Of a DNA stretch of 64,000 nt, positions 48,797 to 59,545 are shown one piece after another (position 1 is the stretch's first letter; every line of letters starts with the position of its first letter). Source of the stretch: Camelus ferus (taxonomy: Eukaryota). Below the pieces are notes generated by a model. The model was not told the origin of the DNA, searched no databases, and worked only from the letters and a program-made list of their open reading frames with translations. Both the position numbers and the translations under genes were made by a program. The stretch covers positions 31,560,001-31,624,000 of the forward strand of contig NC_045697.1 of NCBI RefSeq assembly GCF_009834535.1. Reading direction: 5' to 3'.

Positions 48797-49100
48797 TCAC
48801 CACATTTAAACTGTTGGAACATAACCCTCTTGAGGGAAGTGAAATTTATCTGTTTTGCTCATTTCTGCCTCCCTAGGGCTCACGGTCGCCCTTGAGTCTG
48901 TTGGCATGCAATACTATCTCCTGACCGTATAAAATGAAACCATACAAAACCCCTATGTATGAGGCACTACCTGCCCCACTTGACTTATGGAGAAACTGAG
49001 GCTTAACAAGTTTTAGCAGATTTCTGAGAGCCTTATAGCTGGTGACAAAGCTCAGAGTCACCTAGTCTTCAAATTCCCAAGCCCAAGTCTTTTTTTTTGC
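48710..49100 (-). mobile_element. MIR (about 48710-48760 and 48940-49100) split by a (CTAT)n repeat and a plus-strand L2 3' fragment (about 48800-48915)
   Basis: MIR parts: 'actattatgtgccagtcacttgtgctaag' and 'ggagaaactgaggcttaaca'. L2 part: 'ctcttgagggaagtgaaatttatctgttttgctcatt'. Confidence 0.65.
48761..48796. repeat. (CTAT)9 tetranucleotide microsatellite
   Basis: Directly visible perfect run. Confidence 0.95.
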
Positions 49101-50539
49101 CTCTAGTGTCCAACATGTAGCACACTGAATATTTTCAAGTCCTGAAAACGTCTTTAGAATAAATGTATGTTCATGTGTGTTTCATTCTGTATTTTAATTT
49201 TGCCATGCAATCACCAATCATAAAATGGAGATTTAAATGTGTATGTACATACATGTGTGCATATATATCTGTGTATATATATGTGTATGTATATATCTAT
49301 ATATCTCATGGACCTGTCTCTGTCATTCTCTGTCATTACTTTGAGGACATTATATTGTCAGTGATCATTCACTTTGAAACTCTGAATGCCTGATGTTTCC
49401 CTGAATTGGTATGTGTACATTTTAATTGAGGAGAGAGATCTTTTTTTAAAGAAAACATCTTTTTGGTAGACTTCATATTCTTCTACTTACCTCTCCAAAG
49501 AAACCCAAATAGTGATAACGTAGCCTATCAAAACCCACACTTTTGTCAGTACCCAAGTCCATCTTCCCAAGAAAAACAGTACATCACCCACGTAAGGTCA
49601 TCATTCTGACAAATGGCTTAACCAACACAAAATACTACAGGGGATGTCCTCTCAGTACCCACTTCAGTTACAGACACATAAACCAGTATGTTTAGCATGT
49701 GTTTCTCTCCCTCTCTCTCTCCCTCTCCCACTCACACACACACCTGTTATCAGGGCAGTTACATACTGCTTTTGTTTATAGAGGTGCTGGAAAACCTAAC
49801 AGATTTCTTTTCCTGCAAAGTGTTTATTTTTTAAAATGCATCACTACTTTTAGGGATCCTAAGTTCAGTTTTGTTTTGTTTTGTTTTTGTCTTCCTACAG
49901 TTACCAGCAGAACATAGTGTTTGCTAAAATGATTCTACTCCCAAACGAAGAAAGATTGAGCATTACGGAAAGATGATATTTTGCACATCCATCAATCACA
50001 AAATCTCCTTCAACTTGAAAGTTTCACAGTATCTAATTTCAATAGAGCAGTGTTACTGAGGCATGCAGTTTTGTGACTTTTAAATTGAAAAAGACACTAG
50101 ACACTCTAAGCTGAAATATAATTTCTGTGTTTCTCTGGAATAAATGAGCACTTTAAGGGCTCAAAGATAGTGTTTCCTCTGCCCTTCCTTTGAAAGCTAT
50201 ATGGTATATGTCCAGTGCATTATCAAAGAGAAACACATAAAATCTCTGACTCCCAACATTCAACAGAAGGCACATTGAGAGAAAGAGTAATCCTGAGCAT
50301 TGCCTGAAATCTTGACCATCCACTGCTACTCCTGAGTGCTCATAAGGTGTCCGCAAATTATGCCCAACACCCACCCACTAAATAGCCAGACCAGGTGATT
50401 TTGAACCTTCCAATTTCAAGAATCACTTTTAATAACTGTGATTTTGCCTCTAGTTGGTTTATCTATGGAGCATTTTCAGCACCATTTTCTTTTCCCTTCT
50501 GTACACTGTACATCAATCTTTAAGGAGCCTAAAGTCCTT

Positions 50540-50800
50540 TCACAATTCTTGACTTTCTAGGTTGTCCTGGGCATCAAGACGTAGCTAACAGATTGGGGCA
50601 AGTGGAACACGAAAGATGAGAAGGGAGGCTATGAGGGGTCAGGCTTGAGTTGCCATACCTCATGCCTCCTCATATTTTATTGGTCAAATCTCATTCTTAC
50701 ATTCACATCTTACTTCAAGAGCAGCTGAGAAACATAGTTAGCTGTGTACCCCATGAGTAAAGAGAAAAGTGAAATGAGTTTGATAACTAGCCACTCTCTC
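50540..50800 (-). mobile_element. Old MaLR LTR fragment (MLT1I/J-like)
   Basis: 'ctcatattttattggtcaaa...acatcttacttcaagagcagctgagaaacatagttagctgtgtaccc'. Confidence 0.6.
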
Positions 50801-53800
50801 TTCATCTCTTGAAAATGAACAGGAATATACAGCAAGATTTTGTCTTCCTTTTTGCAGTCAAACATTTTTAAAATTTTCCCTAATTTTATTTTTTGCTTTT
50901 ATTTCACCTTGTTGTATTATGCGTGTTTAAAGCTGTTTTAATTTTTTCAATATGGTCTAATACGAATCAGTCCTCAAATTGTGTAGTCTAAGAGGTAAGA
51001 ATAGTACTTATTTCATTTGGATTTCTGTGAAAATTCATTGCATTATTACATATATGGTACAAAGAATAGTGCCTAATACTTAGAAAATGAAGAAAATGAT
51101 GGCTTTCTTAATTTTGTTATTATTATTTGCAGCAGAATAAAAAAGAAATAAGAATGACTGCTTAGAAGAGAAACAGCTTTTTCCTCAAGTTAAGTTCTAA
51201 GACATACGTTGCCATTAGGTCCTCATAAAGTATGCATGATATTCTTGACAACAACAGGTATGAATAGTGTCCTTACACGTACTGTCCTTCATTTTAGTCA
51301 AAGATACAAACTTAAAGCCCATTTCACTGGAAGGAGTATTAATTATGGACCAAAAAATGAGGCTCAGATTCTTCTTATTCTAGTTTGATCTTAAGATGAA
51401 ATTTTGGATACTTACAAAAATAAATTCCTCCAAGCATTATGCTATTAAATCAATTCTCGTAACTAGAATTTTGACGTGTTAAGCAACCAAGAGTTCAAAG
51501 TTTTATTTTCTTATAAGAATGTGGACTTCACATATTCCATCTTATTACTTCAAGACAAAATTATACTCTCCATAATCAAACAAGAACAGATTATTTGAAC
51601 ATATACAGAAGATTATTTCATAGTTCCTCATTGATTAGTTTTAATCATGTTTCCTAGGACACCAATACTATCAAACTTGAGAACATTTGTGCTTTGTATT
51701 AGGGATAGGGCAACAAGAAACATAATACACACTTTGTAAAGGTTTCATTCAAATTAATTTTCAGTCCTTGACACATAGTATTTAAATTCAAGGTTAATTT
51801 AAAAAATCAATTAGCAAGGGAAAATCAATTTGTATCTAAGTTATATATGGCTTTCTTAGCAATAGAATTTGATTTACAGTACTGTATCATTAACATGCTA
51901 CAACTTTCCTCATGGCTATTTCTATTTTAAGGAAGATTTAAAAAAAAATCTTGAAGTCACTTTATGGAGTAGAGGAAGAAAAGAGAAATAAATCTCCCAC
52001 ATAGATTCCTTGTGAAGGAAATGAGAATAATACAGTTAATACACTTAAAATGAAGACTCAGCCAAGGTGATAGCTGGAGTTATTCCTTTAAGAATGAGGA
52101 AATTGGTAAGTGTTTGGTGAAATGGCATATCAAAGGATGGGACTCATACACATTTAGAACCTTTGTTGCGATAGTAATTTAAATGAGAGGCTTGAAAGTC
52201 CATTGCATTTCAGACTCTACTGACTGCTGTTTCTTATAAGTAATCATGATTCTGTCAAAGTTATTATTCAGGAATTCATCTGAAAAGTTGAGTTAAATGC
52301 ACCCAAATCAGGGCCTTCCATTTAGGGGAACTCAGGCATAAATGTACACCTTTGAGAAGAAATTCTAGGTCTTCTGACTTTTACATTCTTCAGAGTTGTT
52401 CAACTCAATTGCCATGAACACTTGTTGAATAAGATCTAAGTAACTGAATTATATTTTGCTCTGGTTTAGTCTAAATAATGCCAAATATGTCCAATAATGT
52501 TATCAAACATGTGCTCATTCATCAAAACAAACAAACAAGGAAAAACCCCAGAAGACCCGTATCAGTCTAATTAGATATTTCAGAATAGGCACACATGCAC
52601 TTTTGTATCACATTTTTAAAAGAGGCTAATGTAAACAAGGAAAAACAGAGAATAGCATGGCAATTTCACAGTCCAATTTAGAATCAAGATCAAGAAAAAC
52701 TAAGGCATTAAGCTTACACTATTTATAAAATAAACTAATGATGATGAATGTTACGATTGTCATGAGACTAATCCAAATGCTTAAATTCTTACTCTTCCAG
52801 AGGCAATGATCTGATTCTAATAATCTATTTCCTAAACATGTGCGGGAATCCTATCAGCGTATAAACATACCTCAAACCTGACTGCCTGTGTATGTGCTAA
52901 GAATAAAATGCAGTCTGCACTGTAGTGTTTTCTGCCTACTGCTATCTGATGTTGTATCCACACCATGCATTATTGTCTCGAGAGTTACAGATCATTATCA
53001 TCCCGTGAATCTGGGGGAGTTGTTAATCTTTGATTCCCTCTTAGTCTACTTAGTGTTGGACCTACCGCTAAATGAAAATTGCCTTTTCTATAGCAACCTC
53101 TTAATCTCCTCTCTTGGCAGCTGTTTATTGAACTAGAACAGACATGTGCACTTCTGCATTAATAATACACCCCTGCTTCATCTATTGCAGGACTTTTATT
53201 TTAAACCAACAAGCATCATGACCTAAATTTTTCTGGTCTGAGTGTAAAGAACAGAATCCATGTTTATAGGAGGCAGTGCAGACGAAGCACTAAGACCACC
53301 TCCGAGTTTTTTATTAGTGGTTTAAATCACACTATCAGTACATCTCGGTAACTGAACACTGCTCTTCTATGAGTCCTCTTTACTTTTTTCTCATTCAAAT
53401 AATAAACAGTAAAATCAGAAATACTCCACATGCCAGTTTTCTACTTTACAATTGCATTCTGAATTTCTCCATTGTATATTTCCAACATATAAATGGGGGA
53501 AATAGCAAGAGGACATTCGCAGAAACAATTCAAAATTTATTCATCACCCACTATTTGTGGAATTCCCTAGGCATTGATAACTAAACCTCATCATAGTCTA
53601 ATAAATGTTTTTTTTACATTTTAAAGATGAATTTATAGAAGTAAAGAAAGATGGAATATGGGCATGAGCCCATATAAGTAACAAATTTAAAACCAAAGGT
53701 TTTATCATCACAAAAATGGCACAACCAACCAAGGCCATTACCAACGTAGATGGGGGACACAGGTAGAGAGAACAGTCGTCCCTCCTGGATACAGTCTTCA

Positions 53801-53882
53801 AAGCAGCATCTGTCTGATGCCCATTACAACTTTGTTAGAAATTCTTTACGAATATAAAACAAATTTGAGCTTAACTGTGTGT

Positions 53883-54322
53883 TGTCAGTTATCTGTTGGC
53901 ATCTCAGCATCGTTTCCACTATATTCTCTGCACTCCTCTGCATTATAGGGACTGGATATTTGGGAACTACATTTTGACACTTTCTTGGCAGAAAGGTGCC
54001 TACTTACGTTGGAGCAAGAGAGGACTCAGGTGACATATGAAAGGAGGAAGGAGAGCAGGCATCATTCTTCAAGCAGCAGCAGGCAATACACGGACTCCAG
54101 AAGACACGTGATTTTGCAGCCATCTGAGGCATTCTCCTGGGAACCCCTCCCTGCTTAGGTGTGTAGGCTGTAGAGCTGTTCGAAAATACCTACAGTTTTC
54201 TGATTCCTTGAAAACCAGCAGCAAACTTAAAGGCTAGCTGCAGAGTTTCCCATTTTCCCAATAATTTTGTAAGCACCAATTTCATTTTAAAATCCTTTCC
54301 TTTTTGAAATACGCGTAGGGAG
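53883..54322 (+). mobile_element. ERVL solo LTR (LTR50/LTR33-group)
   Basis: 'gggaactacattttgacactttcttggca', 'gaaaggaggaaggagag' and 'aataattttgtaagcacc...aaatcctttcctttttgaaatac'. Confidence 0.65.
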
Positions 54323-54399
54323 TCATTTAATGAAAATTGTCAAAGGATGTCTTCCTTATCATGTGCCATCACTTTTACAAATCAGTGAGTCCTTGCCTG

Positions 54400-54615
54400 G
54401 GCCCTACCTACCCCCTGGGCTTCCTTTTCATGTTGGAAGCTGTGTAAGTCTCAATCAAGATACTTATTTGAAATTCATCTCTGTTTCCTCAATCAAAGCC
54501 TGAGTTCTGGAAGCGCAGTGCTCATTTAACATGTGGTTTCCTAATGACCCAAAGCCCTCTCTTGCCTGGTCACATATAATACAATGCTCCATACTACACT
54601 TGATAGATTAATTAG
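54400..54615 (+). mobile_element. L2 3' fragment
   Basis: 'tctgtttcctcaatcaaagcctgagttctggaagcgcag...tgcctggtcacatataatacaatgctc'. Confidence 0.5.
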
Positions 54616-55487
54616 ACAGATACAGGCCCACCAGACAAAACGTCAACGACCCTGGGTCTATCCAATTTCCAATATACTTTATGCAGCAACATTTAAGTGT
54701 AGATACCCAGGATCAATTAACCTGGAGGGCAATACTGTATTAGCATTATAGGATTTGGGTATCATTTCCATCATTGAAAATGTGAAGCACTGTTTGAGCT
54801 ATTGATCCTGAAAAAGTAATGACTATATGTGGTTTTGTAACTTTCCCAAAGTTTACTTTATGGTGGTGCGCTGAGAATAGAAATCCCCAAATAGCTTTTG
54901 GGAATAGCCTCTTCTAAAAGAAAAGGGAGATATGAATCATAAAAACCTCTTCCTTGTAAAAGTTACTGTTTCTTCTATTGATCTTTCTGATTACTTTCAG
55001 CTAAGAAGTGCAAGGAGTTGAAAATGAGTTCTGGAGAGATATAGTGCACCCCAGCATAAACGGTCCCCAAACAAACATTTGCTTAGAAATGAAACAAAAC
55101 AAAACGCAACTGAAAAACAGTAACAAAAAATCGCAGCAGCATTGAAAATCAAAGTCGTTCACAGATCTTATCCCCCTTGCCAAAATATTATCACCTGATC
55201 CATGTCAAGTCTTTCCACTTAGAAGTTCAAGTTGCACTTTCCTAGTCAGTGAATTTAAAAAAAAACTAATCAGTAAAATGAGTCCTCAAATCCCAAAGGT
55301 GACTTTAAAAAAAAAAAAAAATCCACTTGGTGCTGTCAAAATTATCCTTTTTCATTTTAATTGTGTCACAAGAGCAAAAATTTTATTAAGACTTTATAAG
55401 AGCCAATATTTTTAAAAAGTAAATCTCTATTGATTTCTTTTTTTTTTAAACTAAAATATGCAGGAACAATTGTAATGCCTGCTGACT

Positions 55488-55700
55488 TTTATTGGACACT
55501 TGCAGCCTATGAGCTGTTTCTCGATTCATCTTATGTAGTACTCACGACAGACCTGTGAAGTCCTAGTAATATAATGACCACTTCACAGCAGAGAAAACGA
55601 AGTTACAGAGAGGTGAGTTATTTGCTCAGGATCACACATCTACTAAGAAGAACATGCAGAATTAGAAACTAGGGAATATGACAAAAGTTTCTATTATGAA
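55488..55700 (-). mobile_element. MIR SINE
   Basis: 'ctcacgacagacctgtgaag...cacttcacagcagagaaaacgaagttacagagaggtgagttatttgctcaggatcacaca'. Confidence 0.8.
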
Positions 55701-55879
55701 GCATTACGGTATATTTCTAGCCATTACGTTTGTGTTATCAGCCAGTCGTCTCCTAATTTGCAGTTAGTGGAGGAGCAATTGAATCAGTCCGGTAGGACTG
55801 ATTGAACATCTACTAAATGCAAGACATTTTGCCAGATATTGATAATAAAACCTAGAAGTTTACTGTCCGATTTTAGCAG

Positions 55880-56414
55880 ATACCTGTGTCAACTCATTTC
55901 TGGGAAGTTATGATCGCAAGTTCCACATTATGGACTCATAAAATGTGACCCTGCTTCCTAGACATATTTGATTTTTCCAGCCAGACACCTGTTCCAATCC
56001 ATCGTGGATTACTTCCTCTGGCTATACCTAATCGGTCCAAGGTCAGGAACCTGATATGCCTGAACCGGTCAATGACATTCTCTAGAAATGCAAATTTGGA
56101 GTTGGGAGTTCTGACTCTTTATTCGAAGAGACTGTGAAATAGACTCAAGAGACCTTGGTGGCACTATTTTCTGCTGTTATTCTGGAAAATAGCTTGTCTG
56201 AGGATGAAAGATGAAGTAGACCAGCAGTGAGAAGCAATATGAAACACAGAGAGACTTGGTGGCTTGTTTTCCATTGTTTCTGAGACCCAGCTGCATCTCT
56301 GTCCTTGAAATCTTCGAAGCACCCCTGTATCCTATAAAAACACTTCCCTTTTTGCTGAATTCATTTCAAGTTGGATTTCTATTACTGTCAATCCAACAAT
56401 TTCTAACTATAACA
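55880..56414 (+). mobile_element. Old MaLR LTR (MLT1K/L-like)
   Basis: 'atcggtccaaggtcaggaacctga', 'tagcttgtctgaggatgaa', and the end 'ttccctttttgctgaattcatttcaagttggatttctattact...ctaactataaca'. Confidence 0.7.
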
Positions 56415-56569
56415 GCAGAGGAAATATGACTTTTCAAACCATAATCACCTGTACCACTGAGAAGGAATTTACCCAATTTGTGTTTCTGATTGGAGAATTT
56501 TAAATATGTGAAACTATAGTGCAAATTCTTTTTTAAAAAGTCAAAAATCAATTAGCCTTTTGGATAAGA

Positions 56570-57470
56570 TGATAATGGCTACTAATCAGATCTCTTAAGA
56601 CTTTCTACAATAATCTCTAGACTTGGTACTCGATCTATTTCTCTGTTTCTTCTTCCTCTAGTCCCTCTTATGTACTTAAACTCCAGCTACAATAACGTGT
56701 CATCATCACCAGATACTACTCCTCTCAACTGGGTTGGTATCAACTGGCATTCACTGATATGATGGTTTGGTCAATGTCCATTTGACCTAGTCAGAGATCG
56801 ATTCTGACTGATCAGAGGTCTGTTCAGATCAATCAGTGCTTATGTCATTATTTGATAAATATTTTAAATTTCACCTTCATCTTTCACAAGTATGATCTGT
56901 TACATTTCTCTCCATCAGCTTAGTATGTCTTTCTCTATTTGGCTCAGTGGTAAATTTCCACTTATTCGTTCATTCATTCATTCATTCAGCAAATACTGAG
57001 CATCTATGAGACATACATTAATTTCCTCATTTGGGAAATTTGTGCATGGCTTATTTTTTTCAGGAAGGTCATTTTGCTGAGTAAGGAAGACTCCAGTGGC
57101 AGAGTGTGGCAGGGAGAACAGTGAAGGAGCTACTACGAGAACACTTGATGATATCTAGGACGCTGATGGTGGCAATGCAGCAGGTGAAAAATAATATGTT
57201 CTAAGGTAGAGTCAAATTATTTGGTATTTAAATATCTCCTTTTCTATGAAGCCCTCCATAATTCCTCAAGTAGAGTAATTTACTCTATCACACATGCTTG
57301 CATGATATGCTATTAACATCTCTACTGTAGCCCTTATTAAATTCTATTGTAATTAAGTTGTAAATGATTAACTTTCCACACAGACTTTGAACTTTTTTAA
57401 TTCAGGCATCGTATTGTTTTCACCGTTCTTTCTCAATATCTAGCATAATGCCTAACTCATACTAAGTAAT
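56570..57470. mobile_element. Nested L2 fragments: a plus-strand L2 (about 56570-56720, 56880-56960, 57225-57470) containing a minus-strand L2 piece (about 56960-57210)
   Basis: Plus strand: 'tctcctttttctatgaagccctcc...atctagcataatgcctaactcatactaagt'. Minus-strand tail: 'ttcattcattcattcattcagcaaatactgagcatcta'. Confidence 0.6.
56725..56878. mobile_element. Palindromic MITE-like DNA transposon remnant (family uncertain, hAT-like)
   Basis: Long imperfect inverted repeat centred on ATCGAT (56797-56802), ending 'taaatattttaaatttcacc', which resembles hAT-derived termini. Confidence 0.5.
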
Positions 57471-58877
57471 TAATCTTCCTCAAAAAAAGAGCAAGAGAGA
57501 AATTACACAGAAATAAATATTTCTAGGTTGAGAATATCTTGTGTATATCATTTATACACATCCTTTGGTATCATTTATTAAGTTAATTTTTATCTACTAC
57601 TTTGGGTTAGTCTAATACTGGAATGGAGAAGCAAAAATTAATAGAAGGTGATTCTTTCATATATATCTTTACATATATATATACACACACACACACATAT
57701 CTATAAAAATATAAAAATTTATTTATTTTTTCCCTCAGGAAAGATGTTGATAGTGTGTGTGTATACATAGATATGTATATCAGATACTTAGGTATCTTTT
57801 AATCAAAAAGAAGAAAAATGCATTGTTCCTATGACCAGTTTTGCAGTGATTATCATTCCACTGTATTATGTTGGCTGAAGAACAGAGAGAAAACAAAAAT
57901 TTGGTAAGAACTCTTCAGAAAAATTCCTGTTGAAGCACTTGCCTGAATGATTGTCAACCAGAAGACATTTTGCTCTTTAGTCATGCTACGTTTCTTAACT
58001 CATATGGGGTTGAGGTGGTAGCACTGAGTAACTAAATAAAGTCTTTTGGCTGCCCTCCAAAATGAGTAACTCACAGAACAGTAATTGTTATCAAACATAG
58101 TTGCTGCTTTATGTGAACAAAATATGGTGGCACCACATCCTGGGAGAGGGAGGAAGCATCACAACATTTGAATTTCTGGATGTGGCAATGTGCTAGTGGC
58201 AACTAAATCCCCCATTGTGACAATGGAGAAATACTGGCTCCCACAGTTAAAAGAGGGCTACCAAATACAAAGAAAAAGATGTAGCAGAAATTGTTAAGCC
58301 TTCCTAGTTAAGCCTACATATGTACTGTGTCATCTCATAGACCTCAGACAAAGTCCCTGGGAAAGATCCAATAACAAACAAACGTAGAAGTCTACAATTG
58401 CATTGTCATTCCCAACTACTGATTTGATATCTGAGATTTACTCTTTCCCTAGAATAAAGTGTCCCTAGATGTCAATATGTGTCTCAAGAGTATTCTTAAT
58501 TAAGGAGATGCCATACAATCCATGGTTTGGTACAATTTTTAATGACTTTGACTTTTATTTTATAAAACGATTTATCTCTTTTAATTGATATTTTGGGATC
58601 ATATTGATATTTTGAGCAAGACATTTCACCTGCTACAGAGTAATGTAGGCAAAACAAACAAATAATCTTGTGATGGCTGTCTATGTGATGCATTTAATTT
58701 ATTTCTGCATATTAACCCAAATCCACAGGCCTGAGACCTAGAAGAAATTTTCAAGCTTAATACAAATCAGAAATCCATCAAGTAAGAGTTTAAAAATGTA
58801 AGTAAAAATGGTTGCCCTTTGAAACTGATGATAAATCACTTTGCCCTCATATTGAAGATTCACCATGTGCTGAAAGA

Positions 58878-58911
58878 GGACATGTCCTGACATGTTGTCC
58901 CTGACATGTCC
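58878..58911. promoter_or_regulatory. Candidate p53/p63/p73 response element (three decamer half-sites)
   Basis: GGACATGTCC (perfect RRRCWWGYYY), then TGACATGTTG with no spacer, then a TCCC spacer and TGACATGTCC. All three have CATG cores. Confidence 0.55.
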
Positions 58912-59334
58912 TGTGGTTGCCAGTGGGAACCTTGAATGAAAAACACGCATTTGTAATTCCTTTGGTGAAGCTGCTGAAAATGCTCTCCATTGAATTGTTT
59001 TTAATATTAAAAACTTTTATCATAAAAGTCATACTTTTATATTAAAAATATATTGCCTAACAAAAAAAAGAATTCTACCTTTTTTCATATGATCACTCAT
59101 TATTTAGATGATATAGTTCCAGACTTTCTTTGGGTATATATAGTGTATGTACAAATTATCTTCCACGGAAATAGAATTACACTCTACATGCTGTTTTAAA
59201 ATCTGCATTTTAAACTTAATATATTTTTTGTGTCAGTATTTGTCGATGTCTTCTCAGTTGCATAGGACAAAAATTACATTAAAAAAAAACTACCTGAAAG
59301 ATTAATTTAGAATAGAATTTAAAACATTAATAAT

Positions 59335-59545
59335 TAACACTTTTAAGTTGTTTACTAGCATTAGGCATTATTTTAAGCAATTCAAAAATTATATTACCCC
59401 ACTGTGACCTTTACAACAATATTACAAGGTGCTACCTCTGTTTTAGAGATGAGCAAAGTGTGGAACTGAAAAGTTAAGTCATCTGTCTAAAGTCAAACTG
59501 TAAATGATGGACCTATAGGTTTGTTTTTACTCACTACACCACACT
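59335..59545 (-). mobile_element. MIR SINE
   Basis: 'ttaggcattattttaagca...ctttacaacaat...ctgttttagagatgagcaaagtg...aagttaagtcatctgtctaaagtca'. Confidence 0.75.
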
